A stretch of DNA of 64,000 nt from Camelus ferus (Eukaryota): positions 50,842,001 through 50,906,000 of the forward strand of contig NC_045707.1 in assembly GCF_009834535.1 (NCBI RefSeq), written 5' to 3'. This document shows, piece after piece, positions 24,971 through 38,854 of this stretch. Made by a program: the position numbers and the translations under genes. Under the pieces are notes generated by a model that made no database searches, was not told where the DNA came from, and worked only from the letters and a program-made list of their open reading frames with translations. Numbering within the stretch: position 1 is the stretch's first letter; the number at the start of each line of letters is the position of its first letter.

Positions 24971-26629
24971 AAGGATTTCTTTTTTAATGCATGTAAGAAC
25001 ATAGGGTATGTATCCTGCTCAATTCATTTCTGTAATCTCATCAGAGTAAAAGCAGTTTACATCGTACCTAAAATTGCTGATTATTTTGGTATTTTGCAAC
25101 TGTAATATCTTTTTCTTTTCAGAGTCCTCTTGTTGACAGAGTATTTTAAACACATGCAAACTTGGACTTTCTAACATGTTTTTGTGTAACAAGATGGTCT
25201 TCCCAGTATAAGGCTGTTGGGACATAATGATATTTTAAAGACTTCTAACATATATTTTTAAAGACTTCAAAACAAAAAGTCAAAACACATAAGAGGAACA
25301 AATTGATAAAATTTGGACACATCATTTAACTCCAATTTGGAAAGATATTTTGGAAAGGTTCAAAAAAACAATTGAGAAATTAAAACTCCTGATTCAAACA
25401 TGTTAAATAGATATAAAGAATTCTTATCCATCATCTTTGTATTTATTTATTAAAGAACTGAAAAATTACTTAAATAAAAAATAAAAATATGAACCAAGGT
25501 CAATAAAGATGATTGAGGAAATAAATCTAAATGACTCTATGACATTAAGGAGCAAACTGTAAAATAAATTGTATCATATCAAAAAAATATAAATATGGTA
25601 CTTATCTCAGAAATGGGAAGGTATCATGAATATAATTATGTGTATCTTTGCTTATATTTAAAATATGGAATGCTAAATCAGAAACAAAGTAAAGAATTAC
25701 CTACGGAGAAAGAAGATAACTGTCTCCTATGGAAGAGAAAAGCAAGCAGCTAAACTTCTCTGAATGTTTGGTAGATCAGTCTTGAGAACAATGTTTGGAT
25801 CCTAATTCTTACAATTTAACTAGAAAACATTTATGAAGCAATTCAAGAATATTGCTCTTTTTTTTTTTTTTTTTTTTGGATATGAACAGTGATTTTAGTA
25901 CCTATTTGTCTGTAAATAACCCCTAATAATTCTAATTCCAAGATGAACTCACTCAAACGTGGTATTTATGTTGGGTCATAAAGACGCTCTAGGATTTTAA
26001 TCTCAGGGGAAAGGAAATCATGTATATAATTAAACATTTTCATGTACTAGTCATATAATGTAAAATATCTGCCATTTCAAATATTTTAAAATGTGTCAGC
26101 ATAACGCTCACTCTAAAAGCTTTCAGAATATAATGTAACTTTAAAGAATACTGTTCAAAAATAACTCACTCACTATTCCTAACTTTTTATATGTTTGATG
26201 GTGAAAACTACTGTAACATAAATTATCTTCCTCTACTCTTCAGGAGCAGTTATTTTTTAATGGAAAACTGGGTCCTGCCATGCTTAACTCTGTACTGGAA
26301 GGCTTTATTCGGTGGGAGAAAACAGGAGGAGAAGGAAGCACTTGTTTGTAGCCGGTAATACTTTCAAGGACAGCTTTACATTCTAAACCATGATGTCATT
26401 AAATGATTCACTTCAGAGGTAGAAAGCAAAGTTTTCTAAGACAAGTAGATACATTTATTAATTTTATAAAAATGAATTTTGCAATCTATACAATAGTAGT
26501 TCAAAGTTCATATATCTCAATTCTATGTGCTGTAGAGTTTACTGAAATATCGAGTCAAACATGTGTTTGTTTTTTCACTGAACTATTCATTCATTTTGGA
26601 ATGTAAGTATATTCAAAAGCTTATTTTAA

Positions 26630-27760
26630 AGTGCCATGGTTCTGTACTTCTCACAGAGCAAAAGCCAAAGTTCTTTAATGGCCTCTGTGACTTGCCTTTT
26701 GACTTCTGTTTGACCTTACCTCCTACCACTTTGCTTTTGGCTCACTCTGCTACTGCTTCACTGAACTCCTTGGATGTTCTAAGCACACTCCAATCTTGGG
26801 GCTTTGGCACTGGCTGTGCCCTTGGCTTGGAACATTCTTCCTTCAGGTATCCATCCCAGTGGCTCCCTCTCTCATCTCTTCAAGGCTTTGCTCAAATGTC
26901 ACCTTCTCAGGGAAGCCCAAACTCTACACCCTATTTCCAACAGCAACCTGCCCCCTTTCTACTCCCAGAACTCAGACCAACTGAGTGTGTTCTGAATTTT
27001 TTTTTCCGTAGCCCTTATCACCCTCTAACACAGAGGCTCCCAAACTTTATGAGTTCATGGTGCCCTTGTTCTCTCCATTTTTTCCACAGTACCTCTGGCC
27101 AAAAGAAATACCTAACAATTCCATTTATTAAATTGTTAAGTCCAAACAACTTAAGCATTTATGTTCTAATAATTTAATAACCATCTGAAAAAGCAATATG
27201 CATCATTAAAATAGTATTTACAGCTCATTCTTCATTATGATTACTTACTAAAGGGATGTGAGTGTTGGTTGGACCTTGAATGGCTTTTCAACATTTGGAA
27301 TCCTAATGGACACCACCACCCTCATTTCCTGATGCTCACTGGTTTTTGTAAAGCGTCTGCTTATTATTACGGCAACCACTGAAAAGCTGGCCCTGAAAAG
27401 ATGTGATGTCACTGAAAGAAATTTGGCATGATCTAATGAAATTTGGACCTACCTCATCTAATAATGTGTATACTATCTAATAGATGTTGCTCTTTCCCTT
27501 GAAAATTTAGAAAACCTGCATTTTCTCTGTAATTTTGCTGCAGGACTTCAGGATGCCTCGGTATACAGTTTGGGAACCATGGCTCCGACATAGCATATAA
27601 TTATTTATTAGGTATTTCATTGAGTGTCTTTTCCACTGCATCCCTCATGATAGAATGCACTCAAGAACTAGACTCTGTGCCTATGTTGTTCTCTGGTAAA
27701 TTCTAAGCACTGTGAAAAATTCTGGCATAGGTAGCTTTTCAGCACACATTTGTGGCATAA
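26630..27760 (+). mobile_element. L2 3' region, interrupted by a hAT element at 27031-27582
   Basis: 'gggctttggcactggctgtgcccttggcttggaacattcttc...tttgctcaaatgtcaccttctcaggga'; explains ORF 26563-27177. Confidence 0.85.
27031..27582. mobile_element. hAT-Charlie non-autonomous DNA transposon
   Basis: Imperfect TIRs CAGAGGCTCCCAAACT / AGTTTGGGAACCATGG; flanking 8-mers CTCTAACA / CTCCGACA (6/8, degraded TSD). Confidence 0.85.
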
Positions 27761-27764
27761 ATAA

Positions 27765-28350
27765 TTATTGGTCATTTATGTTTCTTTGTCTGTGAACCTT
27801 TTATTTATATCTTTGCCAGATTTTCATTCAGGTCTTACCTTTTTATTGGTTTGTGAATATTTTTGCATACAGGAAATCAGCCTTTGCTTATTATATTTGC
27901 TCAGCAAATATTTTTCTCAGATTGTCTTTTGACATTTTATGATACTTTTTGCTGCAGAGATACTTTAAATTTTTATAGAGTCAATTCTGCCATTTCCTTT
28001 TCTTTATGGCCTATAGGCGATATTTTATGTTTAAACAGATTTTGTCCATTTCATGATCCTAAATAAATTTTTTAAAAAGGTCTCTAATTTTTTCTAATTT
28101 ACTATCATTATTTATATATTTTTATTAGATATTATATATATATACTTTATTAGAGCTCTAAGAGATCGAGCTTGAACTTCATCCAAATGGCTAGCCAGCT
28201 GTCTCTACACTGCCTATTAAATAATTGATTTTTCCCCACTGCTTTGAAATAACAGCTTTGCCACACACTAAATCCCCATGTGTATTTTGGCTCTATTTCT
28301 AGAACTGTCAATTCAATTTTAGCTGTCATTTTGTTCCTTCTCAAGCACTA
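27765..28350 (-). mobile_element. Old L1 (L1ME-like) ORF2 fragment
   Basis: T-rich antisense L1; ORF 28150-28344 (-) resembles decayed ORF2p ('LFNRQCRDSWLAIW'). Confidence 0.8.
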
Positions 28351-30849
28351 ACCTCATTGACTTACTGTGATCTTGAAAACTGTTTTTAGTTTTGTTTCAC
28401 AAATGAATGGATTTTTAATTTGGGAGGCATAAAATATTACCCTTTGAAACTATCCCTTAAGAGTTAATTCTAACAAAACAACTTGGCAAGAATTAGAAAT
28501 CACAATTCAAAGAGGACCTAAACAAAAGTTCTCCAGGAGACTTCTTTTTTATCCATTCAACTGTTTATCACAGTTCCGGATATACTGGGGGCACATAGAA
28601 TTTCAATAAAACAAATAACCTTCTAACACTGGAAAGAGGGCAGCATGAATGAACTTCTTATACATGAAGTACAGTAAAGACGAGTAATGACTGGATTTTT
28701 CTGTACACGACCAGCAACCTAGTCATCCTGTCGTGGTCTTTTAAACACAAGGACAGTGATGCCATGAATTCTGTCTTGTTCTCAGTGAACACTCCAAAAT
28801 CTCACAATACACAATTAGAACCACAAAGCAAAATGTTGGTAATCTCTTATTTTTAATAATACTTATAAATGGACTTTGCTCATATCAATGTATTTGATAA
28901 GAAGCACCACTTTTAAAGCATGAAATATAATAACTAAAGAGCATAATTATCCTCTAAAGACTCAAAACTTTTATGCATCTACTTGAATTCAAAGGAGACA
29001 TCCATATTTGCATATACATATGAAAGAAATTTAAGGTAGTTTTTGGTAATTTGATATAAATAGACATTCAAAATGTTAAGACTGGCTGAAAAAGATTTCA
29101 AGAATTTCAGCACCCAGCCCAGGTGCTCTCACAAGTAATTCTATTTCCTTTTTGCCTGTCGCTCTACACAAATATATTAGAAGCAGACAAGACCCAAAAA
29201 TACAGATTAGAGAGGGTTTTTTATTTCCTTCATACATATGGGAGACATGGGCTCTTGGTCAACAACAAATACAAAGCAATTTTCTTCACTCTTGGTAATG
29301 TAACATGCTTTTTTGAGCTAATGGAAAAATATTCCTTGGAAACCAACCACAACCATCCCTCTTACTTATAACTAGTAACAAACAGACACAATGTGTAATA
29401 GTACAAGTGCATCAGTTAAAGTAAAGGGTCTAAGAACAGAAAGGCATTATGTACAGTTTTTCATCAAATTTAAATAACTACATCCCAAGCACCCATTTTT
29501 TTTTAGCCCCTGATTTCAGAAGATTCTTGTGTGTAACCACTTAGTCTGTGGCATGAGACAGTTTTAGACTAATTAACAGTATTATGTGTATGATTTTATT
29601 CCTAAAGTTATCATTGAAATGTCTGAGACATTTATATCAGTGAAAATATAATTCTGAAAGCACAGTCAGGTAGAAGCATTCCCAGCTTCTATAGAAAAAT
29701 GGACAAAGCTGGGATGTTTCCTGTGCCAATTAGCAGTTTCACTGAGCAAGAAGGAAGTGTGTCTAAAGATGCCTGAATGAGAACCCAGCAAGCTCAGTAT
29801 TTGAATGAGAACAACCCAGCAAGCTTTCTCGGGCTTTTGGCACCACAGAGGACACAGTAAAGAGTTCCCAGGAAGGTCACCCGATTTCAATGAGCCAGAG
29901 GGATTAGGTGGGAGGGAAAGCAGTTGTGTGGCTTGTTCCCTTCAGCACACGTCCAGGGAGGACATTGGCCAATGCCTGGCACCATAGGGCTAATAAATAT
30001 TTTCTAGCTCAGCTTGTGAATACAGCTTTTCAAAACACCAGACAAATGAAGTGCAAAGGAGTAAGTTCAGTAAAACCTATGAACTGTATGAAAATTCAAT
30101 GAAGTTATAAATTTGTACTTGGAAGTCACACACACGCCTCAAACATATAATTTGACTCAGATTCAGGGGATAAGTTTTTTTTAACTATGGGATGCTTAGC
30201 TGATGATGTGTCTATGCTGTTACTCAGCCATTTGGGAAATGACTAACTTTTCAATGTTTTAGCAATACTTCCATTTTAATGGAGACATAAAGCATTATAG
30301 TAGAGTTGGTGTCATTTTAGATGTTTAACTGACACACTTGATTAAGTTAGGACTCTGTCCTTCCTTAGATCTTAATTCATTTAAAAATCTAGGGACAAAC
30401 TATTCTTTTTTTATTTTTAAACCGTACCCTGTATTTATTTACCTATGTGCAAGTTTAACTTCTTTTTTTCTCTTTATACACTCTACTGCCTTTTATCAAT
30501 TTAGTGTTGCTTGTCTACGAAATTAAGTTTAATGTAATCATTCAGATTGCGCTTGGCACATTCACTTTTCTTACGCCTGATGAAGAGAATAAAACTAATT
30601 CAACAAATATATGATATCCCATTAAGTCTCTCAAACCCTTGCAAGTCAGAAGGATATTAAGATAAACGAGTTGCAGCTTTTTCAATCAAAAGGGGAAGAG
30701 ATACCAGAGATAAGCAAACAATTAATAATCACATAGTGTGATAAATGTTTCCCAAAGTCTATTCTCAAACCATCAACCAGAACAAGCCCTTAGAAGAAGA
30801 GGTCAGATCCTACCCCTTCTCTGCCCAAGCTGTCTTATTGAGAGCCAGT

Positions 30850-31325
30850 GGTGTACAAGGTCCGGTATGATCTGGTCCCCATTTTTAATTTGACTTCCCT
30901 CTTCAACTACTCACCCTCTCTCACTTCTGTCCCAGCACACTGGCATACTTGCCTTTCAAAGGCACACTGACATTGAACCTGATACACATGCTCCTGACTT
31001 ATCTTTCTCCCAGATATCCACCTACTTCCTTACCTCTTTTAAATCTTCCAATTCCACCTTTTTAGTGAGACCTTCCCTGACCACCCTATTTTACAGTCTC
31101 TCCCCAGCACTTGCTATCTTTTTCCAAGATTTATTTATTTCCATAAGAATTTATATCCCTCCACATGGTACATTTTGTTGGTGATTCGTTTCTGTCTTGC
31201 CCTCCAGAATATAAGCTCTATGAGGGCTGAGGTTTTTGTCAACTTGCTAATTTCTGTGTTTCTAGTGCCCATAAAAGAATCAGATACATACAAAATGCTC
31301 AATAAATGCATGTGTTGAATAAATG
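30850..31325 (+). mobile_element. L2 3' end
   Basis: 'agaatataagctctatgagggc...tgctcaataaatgcatgtgttgaataaatg'. Confidence 0.9.
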
Positions 31326-31504
31326 TCTACTTGAAGTAAGAACTAGGTGAAATGGGAGAGAGAATAAAAGCCTAAATGATTGTTGCTCATGGGATAAAGA
31401 AGGCTTTATAGAGGTTGTAACAATTTAGTTTGTCTTTAAAAGAAGAGTACATATTTTCCAGTTATAGAAATGGGGGGAGGAGAGCCTCCTAATCATGGAG
31501 AACA

Positions 31505-31950
31505 GTATATTAGGATGCTTTGAACAGCTAGTGATAGAAAACCTGACTCAGAAGGGTCTAGTCAACAACAAGTTACACTGACTCATTAACTGAAGGTCCT
31601 GAAGTCATGCAGTCACCATGACTGGCTTCATGCAGGGGCTCGAGCACTCTTTCTCTGTGATACCTCATCTTAGGCCAAGTGGCTTTGTCCTCAGGCTGGC
31701 TTCCCTCATCAGGCCAAAACAGCTGTAATGGTTCCAAGATTCAAACCCTCACACTACAGTACCAGAAGGAAAGGAGACAGTGCTCAGAAAAATGGTACCC
31801 TTCCCTCTCAGATCTCAAGCCTATTCTTAAACTAGTCACTTTGCTATGGATACACCATAGACTAACTGATTTACACTTGGTTTATATGACTCAATCACAA
31901 TGACAAGTGGAAATGCATTACTATGTTTGGATTAAAGTAATCACAGCAAC
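31505..31950 (-). mobile_element. Old MaLR LTR (MLT1J/K-like)
   Basis: 'tattaggatgcttt...agtgatagaaaacctgactca' resembles an MLT1 terminus in reverse. Confidence 0.55.
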
Positions 31951-32094
31951 CCTTGGATCTGCAACAACAAAGGGGGCTCAGGATTAGAGGGCGGATATTG
32001 GAGAGGAAGGTTATAAAGAAATTCTGTAAAAGATCGAATCAAGAAGCTTGTGGGGAATTTAGGAAAGAGTAGAACCAATTCTTTCTCAGAGACA

Positions 32095-32562
32095 GAAAGT
32101 ATAGTGGATTTTTGTTGTGTTTTGATTGCTTGGCATTCGTCATCCCTTGTTCGTAGCACCCTAACTCTCTTTGGGGGAAAGATTGCTTCTCCATTGGTTA
32201 CAGTCTGATGGGTGTCTAAGTGGAAACCCCACTTCCACCGAGCCAAGAAGTAACTTCTGTAATCCAAGCTAAGTCACTTGGATGCTCTCTTCCTGAAGGC
32301 TTGGTAGTGGGCAGAGTGACAAGAGACTAGAAACAGCTGGATTCATCCCAGAGGTCAGCCCTGGGTCACCAAGCTGTTTTTGCTATCAAAGAGACTGCTC
32401 TATAATTCTCCTGTGGCTTCCTTAGTTCCCATAAATTTCCAAGTCCACATCTCCAGGCATCTTTATGATACTATAATCTCACAATATCTTTCTGATAAAT
32501 TCCATGTTTCTTCAGGAGAATCCATTTGTGTCACCCTATCCAAAGAACTTTAGCTGATAACA
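32095..32562 (+). mobile_element. Old ERVL-type LTR (LTR16-like)
   Basis: Ends 'gataaattccatgtttc...ccaaagaactttagctgataaca'. Confidence 0.5.
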
Positions 32563-33834
32563 GAGGGAGAGAGAAAAATGATGAAAGAATAATGTTAGAA
32601 AGAGTAAATAGTAAAATTCAGAATGTTCTCCTAAGATAGACAAATTCTAGGTTACATAAAAACTAGGTTATCATTTTTGTGAATCAGGAGCTTAAGAAGA
32701 ACTATTAAAAAAACACTCTTACTGAAAGGAATGTGTAAGGGAGTGACTAAGAATGATTCAAAGAATTGCTTATCTCATTGAGGCTGAAGAACATAACATT
32801 TTATTGGAGCCAGACCAACGTAATTATGGAATTTTCTTTAATAGTATTTAGAAATCCTGGACTGGAATTAAAGAATGCAAATCAGTAGGCTGATCTAGAT
32901 TCAGGGATTAGTGGAGTACATAGTCCATTTAACAGGGATTAATGGTGTACATAACCCTCTTAACAGTCAAGGTAGTAAGAATGAAGTGGGTTGATGAGTA
33001 TATACATGATGGACCCTGGGATTCTGCCTGGGTAGGAAGTTCTCTGTATCATATATATGGGGAGGGGTGCAATCAGTAACACCTTCACTTATAAGGCTGT
33101 GGCAAGGATAGGATTCAGGATCGAACCCAATTTCGGGAAGGATGTTTATTCAGATGGCTATAGGCAGCACAGATCAAGTTAAAATAGTCTATGATCCAAG
33201 GGTTAATAAGGTAACAATCCTAAATTCTGAAAGCCCAGAGAGTAATAAAATGCATAAATGTAAAAGTTAGTGATAAATTCAGAAACCTGAGGGAGTTGGA
33301 GCAGACTGAGGTATGGTGTGATCCAACAGACCTGGAGAAAGTTTATAGCACCAACAAACAGGGTTTTCCCTGCTTACTCAAAGTGCTTCTGATAGGCAGA
33401 AAACAAAGCTTAGACTCTAATAAACTGAAAGATAAAAATAAATAAACTGGGGAAAGGGAAGCTAATAATGAAAGCAAAAAGCAGAATTATTAAAACTGAG
33501 GAAGTAGAAGAGATGGAGGGTTCATTTAGAGAGAGAAATCTTGGGGTTCAAGATATTAGTATAGGCAGCATGTGAGTGGTTAGAGATGAAGGTTATTAAG
33601 GTGAATTAGATCAAGGAAATGGACCTAGAGAATTAAATAAGTCATAAACAGAAATTAATTATGATTGTTGGAAAGTTACTAAGAAGAAAGGGTGAAAAGA
33701 AAATTTAACATCTTTGGTGAAAATAGTTGCTGATAGATCAGTCAATGATAAAGGGACACATTGGCAGATGATAGCCAATGGGGTAACGATTGAAACTGCA
33801 GAGAGCATAGACTAGTACAGAAAAATTATACTAG

Positions 33835-34433
33835 GAAAATAGCATGGATCTCTCTCAAAAAACTAAAAATAGAACTACCATATGACCCAGCAATTCTACT
33901 CCTGGGTATATATCCAAAAACAAACAAGAACACTAATTTAAAGGGATACATGCACCCCAATGTCATTGAAGCATTATTTATAGTTGCCAAGATATGGAAG
34001 CAACCTAAGTGTCCATTAACAGATGTATGGGTAAAGAAACTGTGGTATATATATATACAATGGAATACTACTCAGCCAAAAAAAGAACAGAATATTGCCA
34101 TTTGCAGCAATATAGACTTGGAGGGTATTATGCTAAGTAAAACAAGCCAGACAGAGAAAAATACTATATGATATCCCTTATATGTAGAATCTAAAAAAAA
34201 TAACAAACTAGTGAATATAACAATAAAGAAGCAGACTCACAGATATAGAGAACAAACTAGTGGGTACTGGCAGGGGAAGGGCAACATATGGGTAGAGGAG
34301 TGGGAAGTACAAACTAATGGGTTTAAGATAGGCTACAAGGATATATTGTACAACGTGGGAACTGCAGTCAATAGTCTGTAGTAACTGTAAATCGAAAATG
34401 ATCTTTAAAATTATATACAAAATTTTAAAAAAA
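33835..34433 (+). mobile_element. L1 ORF2 end + 3'UTR, 5'-truncated
   Basis: 'aaactaaaaatagaactaccatatgacccagcaattctactcctgggtatatatcc'; ORF 33950-34171 'ALFIVAKIWKQPKCP...KKLWYIY' is the ORF2p C-terminal motif. Confidence 0.95.
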
Positions 34434-35324
34434 GTCCTGGTTTTGTAGTAAATGTGTCTGTTCTTATTTTGTCTTTCCTTTCCTCTCCTTTCCTTGATCT
34501 TTGGGTCAACCTTCTTGAAAATGAAGTGATGCCCCTGGTCATATGAGACCCACATCATTATTGTGAGAAACAAGTCTCCCTTATATTATCATATTCCTTC
34601 CGCAGGTTTAGTTTCATCATCACGAGTTTTCCCCACGTGCTTAGGAAACAGTGCAGAGGACGTTGAATTCCCTGGCCTGTGAGATGGCTACAGAGGAGGT
34701 GGGAAACCTCTCAAAATAGGTGCAGAAAAGGTGCTGGGCACAGCAGTTGAGTGAGGGGTACAGAGCCTTGGGAGTGATGCCTGGGACAAGGATAAATAGC
34801 ATCTGGAGAACATAATTCAGATGCTTTTGGCTCTGTGTGAGCTCGATCAGGCTCCTTACGTCTCTGAGCCTGTTACATCATCTTTAAAACAACTAGTAAT
34901 ACTTTTTCATTACAGAAGTTAATCTATGTATATAAAATAAGACCAATAATTTTTCCCTCACTAGATATTTCCAGGATGGGAGCAGGCCACTGAGCACATA
35001 GTAAGTGCTCATGAAACTGCAGCTTAAAACAAAAATCTAACCAAGTGGATCCAAATAGCTTTGGGTTTCTAATTTCTATTTCTTTTCTGTTTTAACTGCC
35101 TATTTTTCAAAATGCCTTCTAATTTACTTTGCTCTCACTTTTCTTTTTTTAAACATGACCCATTCAGCCTATGGCCATATTTTCAATCATTTTATTTCTT
35201 ATTGTACATCCTGTATCATAGCATAGAGAGCATACTATACTATACTATAGTCATAGTTTTTTTCCTTGACAATGTTAATTCAATAGCTATTATAATATGA
35301 GTAAAAAAAATTCAAAATAGAAAA

Positions 35325-35905
35325 CATATAAAACCACTCTCTTGCTCTCAACTCTCCAATGACTTCCCATCATACTAAGGAAGACAATGTAAGTAACTAC
35401 CATGTACTGTAAGACTCCCTTCACCTGACCATGACTATCTCTAATGTAATTTCCTTTGGCCCCACCCCCACCCCTCCACCCCTCCCCCTCCCCTAGTTCA
35501 CTCTGTTCTAGCCCCTTGCTGTTTCAGGAACATTCCAAATACATCCTCCTCTCCTATTACTTGATTTTGCTCTTCATTTCTCCTGCAATGTTCTTTCCCA
35601 GATATTTGGATGGTCAGCTCCCTCACTTCCTGACTCTCCTGAAATGTCACATTTTCACATAAAGCCTCTCTGATCAACCTATCTAAAGGAACACACCTGC
35701 CTCCTCATTCAATCCCTTTCCTGTTTTTTTTTTCTCTCTCATGACATTTATCACTACCAGATATTACAAGTTTACTTATACATTATCTATCTCCCTCACT
35801 AGAAGGTAAGCACCATGAGGGTAGAGAAATTGTGCATTTTAATTAATCCATTTCCTAGTGCCTAGAACACCACAATGTATATGGCAGACACTCAGCAAAC
35901 ATTAG
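35325..35905 (+). mobile_element. L2 3' region
   Basis: 'ctctccaatgacttcccatc', 'ctagaaggtaagcaccatgagggtagaga', 'cctagtgcctagaac'. Confidence 0.85.
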
Positions 35906-35959
35906 TTCTAATTTATTATTTTTTCTTAATTGGCTTAGGTAGATCAGATCAATATCCAA

Positions 35960-38235
35960 AAACAAACTAACCTCCTGGAACTAAGTGATTACTAATAGCA
36001 AAGTTGCAGGATACAAGGTGTTTTAGTCCATTTGGGCTGATGTAACAAATACCACAAACTGGATGGCTCATATACAACAGAAATGTATTTCTCACATTTC
36101 TGGAGGCTAAGGAGTCCAAGATAAAAGTACCAGCAGATTTGGTGTATTGTGAGGACCTCTTCCTGGTTTGCACATGGCTATCTTCTCCTTGCAAAAGGGG
36201 CAGAAGGGGATCTCTTTTATAAGGGCATTAATCCTATTCATGAGGTCTCTACCTTCATGACCTAATTACTTCCCCATGACCCCACCTCCTAAATTCCTCA
36301 CATTGGGTGTTAGATTTCAACATATGAATTTTGAGGGGACACAGTCAGTCTGTTACACAAGGTTATTAAACAAAAGTCAATCACTTTTCCATATACTAGC
36401 AATGATCAAACAGAATTTGACAATAAAAATATTTACATTAGCATTCCTCCCACATGAAATACTTTGGTATAAATCCAACAAAATATGCATAAAATCTACA
36501 TAAGAAACACTACAAAACTCTGATGGAAGAAATAAAAAATACTAAATAAATGGAGAGAAAGTCCAGGTTTATAAATAGGAAGATTGAATACTGTCAAGAC
36601 GTCAGTTCCTCCCAACCTGATACATAAATTTAATGTTATTCCAATCACAATTTCAGTAAATTATTTTGTGGATATCAACAAGTTGATTCTAAAATGTATA
36701 TGGAAGGACAAAAGACCCAGTATAGCCAACTCAATATTGAAGGAGAAGAACAAAGTAGGAAGATTGATAATACCCAATTTCAAAACTTGCTATAAAGCTA
36801 TAGTAATAAAGGCAATGTGATATTGGTGAAAGAATAGACAAATTGATCATTGGAACAGAACAGGCAGCTCAGAAATAGACCCACTTAAATACAGTCAAGT
36901 GATTTTTTGACAGAGGAGTAAGTCAACACAGTGGATCAATAGTAGTCTTTACAATAATGCCACTGGAACAGGTTAACTCAGAACGGATAATAGACCTAAA
37001 TCAAAACACAAAACTGTAAAACTCCTAGAAGGTAACACAGAAGAAAACCTAAATGATCTTGGGTATGGCAAATATTTTTTAAAACACACCACCAAATGCA
37101 TGATCCATCAAAGAAATTATTCATAAGCTAGGTTTCAATAAAATTAAAAAGACAATGTCAAAAGAATGAGAAGACAAGTCATACACTAGGAGAAAATATT
37201 TACAAAAGACACATCCAATAAAAAACTATTACCCAAGATAGACAAAGAACTCTTAAAACTCAACAGTAAGAAAACAAGCAACTTGATTAAAAAATAGTCG
37301 TCTAACTGAAGAATATAGAGGCAAATAAGCAAATGAAATGATGCTCCAATCATACATCACCAGGGAAATGCAAAATAAAACAGTGATGAAATACCACCAC
37401 ATTCTCATTAGAATGGCCAAAATCCAGAACACTGATAACATCAAACGCTGTCGAAGATGTGGAGCAACGGGAACTCTCATTCCTTGCTGATAGGAATATG
37501 AGATAATACAGCCAGTTTGGAAGAAAGTTTGGCAGTTTTTTATAAAACTAAACATACTTCACCATACAACCAAGAAATTCTTTCCCTTGGTATCTGCTTA
37601 AAAGAGTTGAAAATTTATGTCCACCTAAAAATCTTCACACTGATTTTTATAGCAGCTTACATATAACTGGTAAATCCTGGAAGCAACCAAGTTCAGACAA
37701 TGGAATGTTATTCAGCACTAAAAAGAAATGAGCTATAAAGACATGAAAAGTCATAGAGGAAAGTTAAATGCATACTACTAAGTGAAAGAAGCCAATCTGA
37801 AAAGGCTACATACTGTTACCATTCCAAGTATATGACATCCTGCAAAAGGCAAAACTATGGAAAAAGTAAAAAGATTAGTGGTTGCCAGGGTTTGGAGGAG
37901 GGACGAACAGGCAGAGCACAGGGGATTTTCAGGGTAATCAAAATACTATGTATGATCTTACAACAGTAGATACATGTTGTAACAAATTTGTCTAAACCCA
38001 TAGAATGTAAAACACCAAGAGTGAATCCTAGTATAAATTATGGACTTGGGATAATAGTGATGTGTCAATATAGGTTCATCAATTATAACAAATGTACTAC
38101 TCTGGTGGGGGATGTTGATAATAAGGGATAATGTGTGTGGAGGCAGGGAGCATATGGAAAATCTCTGTACCTTCTCCTTAACATAGCTGTGAACCTAAAA
38201 CTTCTCTAAATCATGAGATCTATTAAAAACAAACA
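35960..38235 (+). mobile_element. L1MC1-like LINE (ORF2 3' half + 3'UTR), interrupted by an MLT1A LTR
   Basis: ORF 36584-36820 'KFNVIPITI...KLILKCIWKDKRPSIANSILKEKNKVGRLIIPNFKTCYKAIVIK' is an ORF2p relic. Confidence 0.93.
36019..36357 (-). mobile_element. MaLR solo LTR (MLT1A-like)
   Basis: TG...CA termini, perfect 5-bp TSD CAAGG (36014-36018, 36358-36362); the L1 sequence resumes across it. Confidence 0.92.
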
Positions 38236-38689
38236 AACCAAAAACTCAACCTAAGATATTCAAGAAATAATTCTCTTGTTTTAACAAGAAATTGTATCTT
38301 GGAGATCAGAATGACTCTCTTATTTATAACCTCATCATGCTGATCAAAAGAGTCATCACTTAAGTAGTTCACTAGAGAAGTTGATGACAGCTGTACATTT
38401 TCTAAAAATCAATTTAAGTGACCTATTTCCAAAGGCACATATTTTTGATATGTGACTTTTACATTTTCAGTCCTTACAATTGTAAAATACTTGGCACATC
38501 AATACTCCTCAGAGTGTTCTTGCTAACATACAAGAAGTTTCCATTCCAAAGTTGCAGGAGGAATCTAAGTTATTCTGCTAGATAAATATCATAGACTTTG
38601 GAAAATAAAATTGGTATGCTTCTTGAATACTTGTCAACAAAGTGTTACCATTACAAAAAGAACTGGACTCAGTAGGTCCCAAAACTACT

Positions 38690-38850
38690 CTAGCTAGCAT
38701 TTATACAGATATCATCTTGTGCCAGGCCATATGCTGAGTATTTTCCGTATGTTTTATTTCAATATCCTAACAATTTAGGAGATAGCTACAATGATTATAT
38801 TTTACAGATGAGGAATAGAGAAATTAAGTTCTTGTTTAAACCTAGTAAAT
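38690..38850 (-). mobile_element. MIR SINE
   Basis: 'tgtgccaggc...attttacagatgaggaa'. Confidence 0.8.
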
Positions 38851-38854
38851 GAAT

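Noticed and set aside
26563..27177. 204-aa ORF, the longest in the window
   Set aside because: Runs through L2 and hAT repeat sequence with no protein-like features
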